Of a stretch of DNA of 64,000 nucleotides, positions 59,341-64,000 are shown one piece after another; within the stretch, counting starts at the first letter, position 1, and each line of letters starts with the position of its first letter. This DNA is from Candidatus Latescibacterota bacterium. Lineage in GTDB: Bacteria > Latescibacterota > UBA2968. The notes beneath the pieces were generated by a model. It did not search any database and was not told where the DNA came from. It saw nothing but the letters and a program-made list of their open reading frames with translations. The stretch is taken from assembly GCA_965222605.1 (NCBI GenBank), contig OZ244960.1, forward strand, positions 704,001-768,000, read 5' to 3'. The position numbers and the translations under genes were made by a program.

Positions 59341-61563
59341 TTAAAAATTAAAATTGATCCCCAGCGTTGGTACAATAGGCAACATCTTGATCACATCTGG
59401 ATCGAACTCATTAAAAATGACAAACCACTCATTGCGTCTGTTGAATGCGTTAAACACCTGGACGTAAAATTCCCCATTCACTTCAAACGCGCGAAACCGC
59501 ATCTTCACACTTAAATCCAATCTCTGATAGGGCAACAAGCGAGCGCTGTTGCGGTCTGAGGGAAGTACCAGGCTTTCAGTTTGCCGGTGGGGCACCGCGG
59601 GTGAGCGCAATGAATAACGCGCAGATGCAGGTGTAAATGCCTGCCCCGTGCCATAGACATAATTTGCGCCCAACGACCATCTGCCCAAGCGGTATTGCGC
59701 GACAAAAGACACATCGTGGCGTCGGTCGTATTTGGGGGGAAATGTCTTCCCCTGATTGAGTTCGGCAAATTTGCGCCGCGTCCATCCCAGCGTATAACCT
59801 ATCCATCCCGTCAATCGTCCCGTGCGACGCTGCAAAAAGACTTCAACGCCAGTTGCATACCCGGTTCCGCCACTCACAAACGCTTCTTCGGATGTCGTCG
59901 CATCGCTGCCAGCCGCAACGCGATTATCGATCGTGACCAGATTTGCCAGATCCGTATAATAGGCTTCCACAGTCGCCTGATACTGCTCAGAGGGTTCCCA
60001 CTCCACACCTGCCACGCTCTGCCAGGACCGCCCTGGAGCTACTGTTTCATCCAATGGCACCCAGAAATCTCCTCCGCTAAATCCCTCGGTTGTCACCAAT
60101 TGCAAATACTGGTGAAATGAGCCGCCAGCCGCCTTCCAGCGCCAGTTGCCCATGCGGTAGCTCATTGACAAACGCGGCTCGACATGAAAGCGTTTACCTG
60201 CGCTAAAATAACTGCCCCGCATGCCCAAACGCACATCGGTTGCCCTTCCCGGCTGCCAGTGGTCTTGCACATAAAGCGATAGCAAATTGGGCTCTATAGC
60301 GAGTTTAAATGGATCATCCCGATTAAATTCCCGAATAAATTCAAAATCGTAATGGGTAGCCAAAAACCCACCACTTAAGGCGTGATCGTGCGCGGCAAAC
60401 CAATCGAGGTCTCCCTTGACCGTAAAATCGCGAATGCTATTGGCAAATAGAATGCGAGTATCGAGGATATTCAGATCTATCCTGCTAAAATAACTGCTGC
60501 CCGCCACCACAAAATTGCCAAATAGCGCGGGCGAAAACACATGCGTCCACTTGCCCAAAAAAGCGGTATTACCCCATCGAATCGAAAAAAGAGCATCTGT
60601 ATCGATATCAAAATTCAGATTATCTCGACCAAAATACCCACTCACCTGCATTTTGTCATTATCTGAAAAATCCTGATTGAGCTTGGCATTTAAGTCATAA
60701 AAATAATAAGTAGGCACATCTGTGTCTTCATTTCGTATCAAAGACAAAAGTGGATCGATATAGGTGCGCCGTCCCGACACCATCCACGAACCTTTTGGGG
60801 TTGGGCCTTCGAGTGTCAAACGCGCGGCAATAAGGCTGATCCCCCCGCTGGCATCAAATCCCTTGCGATTGCCATCCTTGTTGTGTACGTCGAGCACCGC
60901 CCCCAAACGACCGCCGTATTTCGCGGGATAAGCCCCTTTGTGCAAACTCATATCCCGAATGGCATCGGGATTAAACGTAGAAAAAAAGCCAAATGCGTGC
61001 GATGGATTGTAAAGCGGCATTTGATCCAATAAAATCAAAGTCTGATCCGGGCCACCACCCCGGATATAAAGCCCCGAACTGATATCCGACGCGGCCTGAA
61101 TACCAGGCAAAAGGTGTAATGAGCGCAAAATATCTGTCTCGCCAATGGCTGGCATCTCGCGGATTTTCGCCGTTTCTATTTCCACAAACCCCGGCTGAAT
61201 GCGCTGCTCTTCCTCCTCCCGCTCGGCCTGCACCACGATCTCTTGCACGGCTATTGGTTCGGATTTGAGTTGCACATCGAGCCGCCTTGTTTCCCCCGCT
61301 CGAAAAGTCAGCGTATCCTGAAAACTGATATACCCAACATAGGAGATGGTCAACACATAAGGAATATCTACAGACACCCCTTGAATGGCGTAATACCCAT
61401 CCACATTGCTCAGCGCACCAATGGGCGTACCTTGTCCTCTTAACACCACCGTCGCATAGGGTAGCGACTCGCCATTGCTCTGATCCGAAATAAACCCACT
61501 CAACGTTGCCGCTCGAACAGACAACGGCAACAACATCAACAACAGCACCCCCAAAGACTTCAT
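59341..61563 (-). CDS. TonB-dependent receptor
   Basis: CarboxypepD-like N-domain, plug LLPGI...IRGGGPDQ...NPDAI, C-terminal LGINFNF. Confidence 0.92.
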   Translation of the reverse strand: MKSLGVLLLMLLPLSVRAATLSGFISDQSNGESLPYATVVLRGQGTPIGALSNVDGYYAIQGVSVDIPYVLTISYVGYISFQDTLTFRAGETRRLDVQLKSEPIAVQEIVVQAEREEEEQRIQPGFVEIETAKIREMPAIGETDILRSLHLLPGIQAASDISSGLYIRGGGPDQTLILLDQMPLYNPSHAFGFFSTFNPDAIRDMSLHKGAYPAKYGGRLGAVLDVHNKDGNRKGFDASGGISLIAARLTLEGPTPKGSWMVSGRRTYIDPLLSLIRNEDTDVPTYYFYDLNAKLNQDFSDNDKMQVSGYFGRDNLNFDIDTDALFSIRWGNTAFLGKWTHVFSPALFGNFVVAGSSYFSRIDLNILDTRILFANSIRDFTVKGDLDWFAAHDHALSGGFLATHYDFEFIREFNRDDPFKLAIEPNLLSLYVQDHWQPGRATDVRLGMRGSYFSAGKRFHVEPRLSMSYRMGNWRWKAAGGSFHQYLQLVTTEGFSGGDFWVPLDETVAPGRSWQSVAGVEWEPSEQYQATVEAYYTDLANLVTIDNRVAAGSDATTSEEAFVSGGTGYATGVEVFLQRRTGRLTGWIGYTLGWTRRKFAELNQGKTFPPKYDRRHDVSFVAQYRLGRWSLGANYVYGTGQAFTPASARYSLRSPAVPHRQTESLVLPSDRNSARLLPYQRLDLSVKMRFRAFEVNGEFYVQVFNAFNRRNEWFVIFNEFDPDVIKMLPIVPTLGINFNF

Positions 61564-61635
61564 TATTGCTCCTTCTAATGACTTGTGAATACACCAACCG
61601 TCCATAGTGTACAACACCTCTCGACGGTCATAGTG

Positions 61636-62097
61636 TCACCAGATGCTCCATTTTGTAGCAACAGCACCAGCCTCGCGCTGGGCAATTAACCGGATGCGCT
61701 CTTGAATACGCGCGAGAAGTAACCGCAACCGATCTCTATCGGCATCTGATAGCCCGTTATTGCGCCAGGGATCATCACCACTTCTTTTTTGCTTGGTCAT
61801 CTGCACATTGACCTCATGAGTATAAAAATCCATCACAACCGAAATGCGCGTACGCCGAGAAACATCCAAAAAAGTCTGACTCGCATAACTCGACTCATGG
61901 CGCCAACCCGTCGTGACCACACCAGCTACGGGATCAACCGTTTCTACCGTATAGCCTTCTTCGTGCAAAATAGTCACAGTGGCATTGGCAAATGCCACGG
62001 GCGAAATTTCTTCAACCGACCCTGAGATCGACACGGGATCGACCACATTGCAACCCATCGCGAAACTCACCAAAAAGAAAAACACCACGTATTTCAT
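61636..62097 (-). CDS. hypothetical lipoprotein
   Basis: GGAGGG RBS, MKYVVFFFLVSFAMGC lipobox, GVVTTGW motif. Confidence 0.7.
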   Translation of the reverse strand: MKYVVFFFLVSFAMGCNVVDPVSISGSVEEISPVAFANATVTILHEEGYTVETVDPVAGVVTTGWRHESSYASQTFLDVSRRTRISVVMDFYTHEVNVQMTKQKRSGDDPWRNNGLSDADRDRLRLLLARIQERIRLIAQREAGAVATKWSIW

Positions 62098-62179
62098 AAT
62101 ATCCCTCCGGCTAAAAGTTCCAGGTTTTTCGGGAAAATATCTGCTCGTACTAAAAGCAGACGCCGCACTACCTTCTAAC

Positions 62180-62195
62180 TGCAACTCCTGTGCCA
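62180..62195 (-). promoter_or_regulatory. sigma-54 (-24/-12) promoter
   Basis: Minus strand TGGCAC-AGGAG-TTGCA, ~80 nt upstream of the lipoprotein/TBDR operon. Confidence 0.8.
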
Positions 62196-62356
62196 GATGG
62201 ATTCAAATTGAAACAAAAAACTATAAAGATATTACTTTCAACATGTTACAACAATTTTCTTATCTGATAGTTCCAAAAAATAAATGTAGCAAAAATTCAC
62301 ACTGTGCGTCAATACCTCACAGTCACGAAATACAACATCGCATTTTAAGCCACCAA

Positions 62357-62389
62357 AAAGGGCTTGTATCTGAGCGACACAAGCCCTTT
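62357..62389 (-). terminator. terminator after tRNA
   Basis: AAAGGGCTTGT...ACAAGCCCTTT inverted repeat. Confidence 0.72.
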
Positions 62390-62394
62390 CTTTA

Positions 62395-62470
62395 TGGAGC
62401 CATCCAGCGGATTCGAACCGCCGACCGCCTGATTACGAATCAGGTGCTCTACCAGCTGAGCTAAGATGGC
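62395..62470 (-). tRNA. tRNA-Thr (anticodon CGT)
   Basis: GCCATCTTAGCTCAGCTGGTAGAGCACCTGATT-CGT-AATCAGGCGGTCGGCGGTTCGAATCCGCTGGATGGCTCCA, full cloverleaf with encoded CCA. Confidence 0.97.
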
Positions 62471-62507
62471 TTTAAGGTATTGAAAAATACTGTTTCATCT
62501 TGCAAAA

Positions 62508-62536
62508 AAAATACACAAAGCATTAAAAGCTGTCAA
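62508..62536 (-). promoter_or_regulatory. sigma-70 promoter of tRNA-Thr
   Basis: TTGACA-17nt-TATTTT. Confidence 0.55.
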
Positions 62537-62562
62537 GCGGGAATCAAAAAGAGGAGGTACCA

Positions 62563-63345
62563 ATGAAATTTGTCGTCGCTGTCGATTGTGAAGGCGTAGC
62601 CTGTGGCGTGGGATCACCTGGCGCGTCACTGAACTCTTCTCGGAATTTAGAGTTCGCCAAATTACAGGCCACGCGAGAAGCAGATGCAGCTGTTCGAGGA
62701 TTATTTGCAGCCGGCGCAGAACAGGTAATTGTATGGGATAATCACAACGGGAGCCTGAATCTGAATTACGACCTCCTGGACGAGCGATGCGATATCGCGC
62801 TCGGCGTGGGATTTGAACACCGATTTCCCGGTATGGATGAATCTTATGATGGCGTGGCGCTTGTCGGTTATCACGCCATGGACAATACGGTTGATGGCGT
62901 GATGTGTCATACCTTCAGTTCCGCGACGTATCAATGGATCAAGATCAACGGACGAGAAGTGGGAGAAATGGCCATAGATGCGGCCGTTGCGGGAGAGCGA
63001 GGGGTACCAGTCATTTTTGCCTCAAGTGACGATAAGGGAACCGCGGAAGCCGAGTGTTTTTTCCCAGGCGTTGTCACAGTCACCACCAAGCAAGGGATGG
63101 GATGGAATTGTGCGGTGAGCAAACACCCCAAACGGGTGGTAAATGAGATCTATGAAGCGATCCAGAACGCCATCACAAAACGCAACGCCATAAAACCCTT
63201 TGCATTTTCATCGCCCTTGGCAATGGAAGTGCGCTACAAACGGCTCGAAGCCGCGCAGTCGGCCAGCCGCGGATTTCCCGGCGCAGAGCGCATCGACGCC
63301 TATACTGTGAGACGAACACTGCAATCCATCCAGGATTATTATTGA
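62563..63345 (+). CDS. M55 family D-aminopeptidase (DppA-like)
   Basis: VDCEGV, WDNH, VGYHAM, CHTFS, VGEM. Confidence 0.9.
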   Translation: MKFVVAVDCEGVACGVGSPGASLNSSRNLEFAKLQATREADAAVRGLFAAGAEQVIVWDNHNGSLNLNYDLLDERCDIALGVGFEHRFPGMDESYDGVALVGYHAMDNTVDGVMCHTFSSATYQWIKINGREVGEMAIDAAVAGERGVPVIFASSDDKGTAEAECFFPGVVTVTTKQGMGWNCAVSKHPKRVVNEIYEAIQNAITKRNAIKPFAFSSPLAMEVRYKRLEAAQSASRGFPGAERIDAYTVRRTLQSIQDYY

Positions 63346-63371
63346 GAATATGCAAAAGTACAGGAGAAAAA

Positions 63372-64000
63372 ATGGAAATTCTGCTCGCAGCCTTCAAACA
63401 AGAAACATCCAGCTTTAATCCGGCGCGCATGCCCTATGATATGTTCAACGTATTATTTGGCGACGAACTGCTCGCGCTGCGGGGCAGCAATACCGAAATC
63501 GCCGGTGCGCTCGACATCTTTGCCAAACGAAAGGACATCGACCTGGTACCCATCTATTCAGCCTCATCCGTATCCGGCGGACCAGTTGCCGACGCAGACC
63601 TCAACAGACTCATGGACGAACTGCTCACAGGCATTCGCAACAACGCACCCGCAGATGGGATGCTCATGGTCTTTCACGGCGCAATGGCTGGCGAAACCGA
63701 GATCGACCCCGAAGGACATGTTCTCACCGAAATCCGCAACATCCTTGGCGATGTGCCCATTGTCACCACCTTTGACCTGCACGGCATCATCACCGACCGC
63801 CTCATCGAGCAATCCGACATTATGGTTCCCTTCCACACGTACCCGCACATCGACATGTACGAAACCGGACAACGGGGTGCGCGCAACCTCCTCGCCCTTC
63901 TCGATGGCAATGTCAAACCCACCGTCGCGCACATTCCATTGCCCATGCTCGTGCGAGGCGACGAACTCATCACCAAAACCGGACGATTTGGTCAGGCCAT
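63372..64000 (+). CDS. M81 family metallopeptidase (MlrC-like), partial
   Basis: Manual translation MEILLAAFKQETSSFN...HGAMA...DPEG...FDLHG...HTYPHIDM; runs off window edge. Confidence 0.88.
   Translation, partial: MEILLAAFKQETSSFNPARMPYDMFNVLFGDELLALRGSNTEIAGALDIFAKRKDIDLVPIYSASSVSGGPVADADLNRLMDELLTGIRNNAPADGMLMVFHGAMAGETEIDPEGHVLTEIRNILGDVPIVTTFDLHGIITDRLIEQSDIMVPFHTYPHIDMYETGQRGARNLLALLDGNVKPTVAHIPLPMLVRGDELITKTGRFGQA

Noticed and set aside
62395-62470. tRNA-Thr as an island integration site
   Set aside because: No integrase nearby and no duplicated tRNA 3' end noticed in the window

Overview
Bacterial chromosomal window, gene-dense and of roughly average GC. The gene content (PhyH dioxygenases, Gfo/Idh/MocA oxidoreductases, TonB-dependent receptor, C25 peptidase with FlgD-like tail, BlaI/M56-TonB) suggests a diderm FCB-type lineage such as Latescibacterota/Gemmatimonadota; this taxonomy is inference. 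Housekeeping anchors are uvrB, nadC and tRNA-Thr(CGT). The most striking element is at 8218-13895: an operon with an ECF-type promoter, an ECF sigma factor, an ABC exporter and a ~1028-aa single polypeptide. That polypeptide is a miniaturised RpoB-RpoC (beta-beta') fusion. It keeps the catalytic DFDGD motif, the beta ED/K/K/R residues, the sigma2-binding clamp helices and the bridge helix, but has lost the flap, the trigger loop and most peripheral domains. A second accessory locus (42735-55397) encodes a type I secretion system (cNMP-C39-ABC transporter, HlyD, PPIase), two exported M16 peptidases and a large acidic precursor with a double-glycine leader; an intact IS4 element interrupts it. 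The window also has a PIN toxin-antitoxin pair, an MjaI-family type II R-M system, a surface-glycan cluster with a gingipain/PorU-like protein, two sigma-54 promoters and several small palindromic repeats, two of them in frame inside genes. All motif comparisons were made by eye from recalled reference sequences; no database searches were run.
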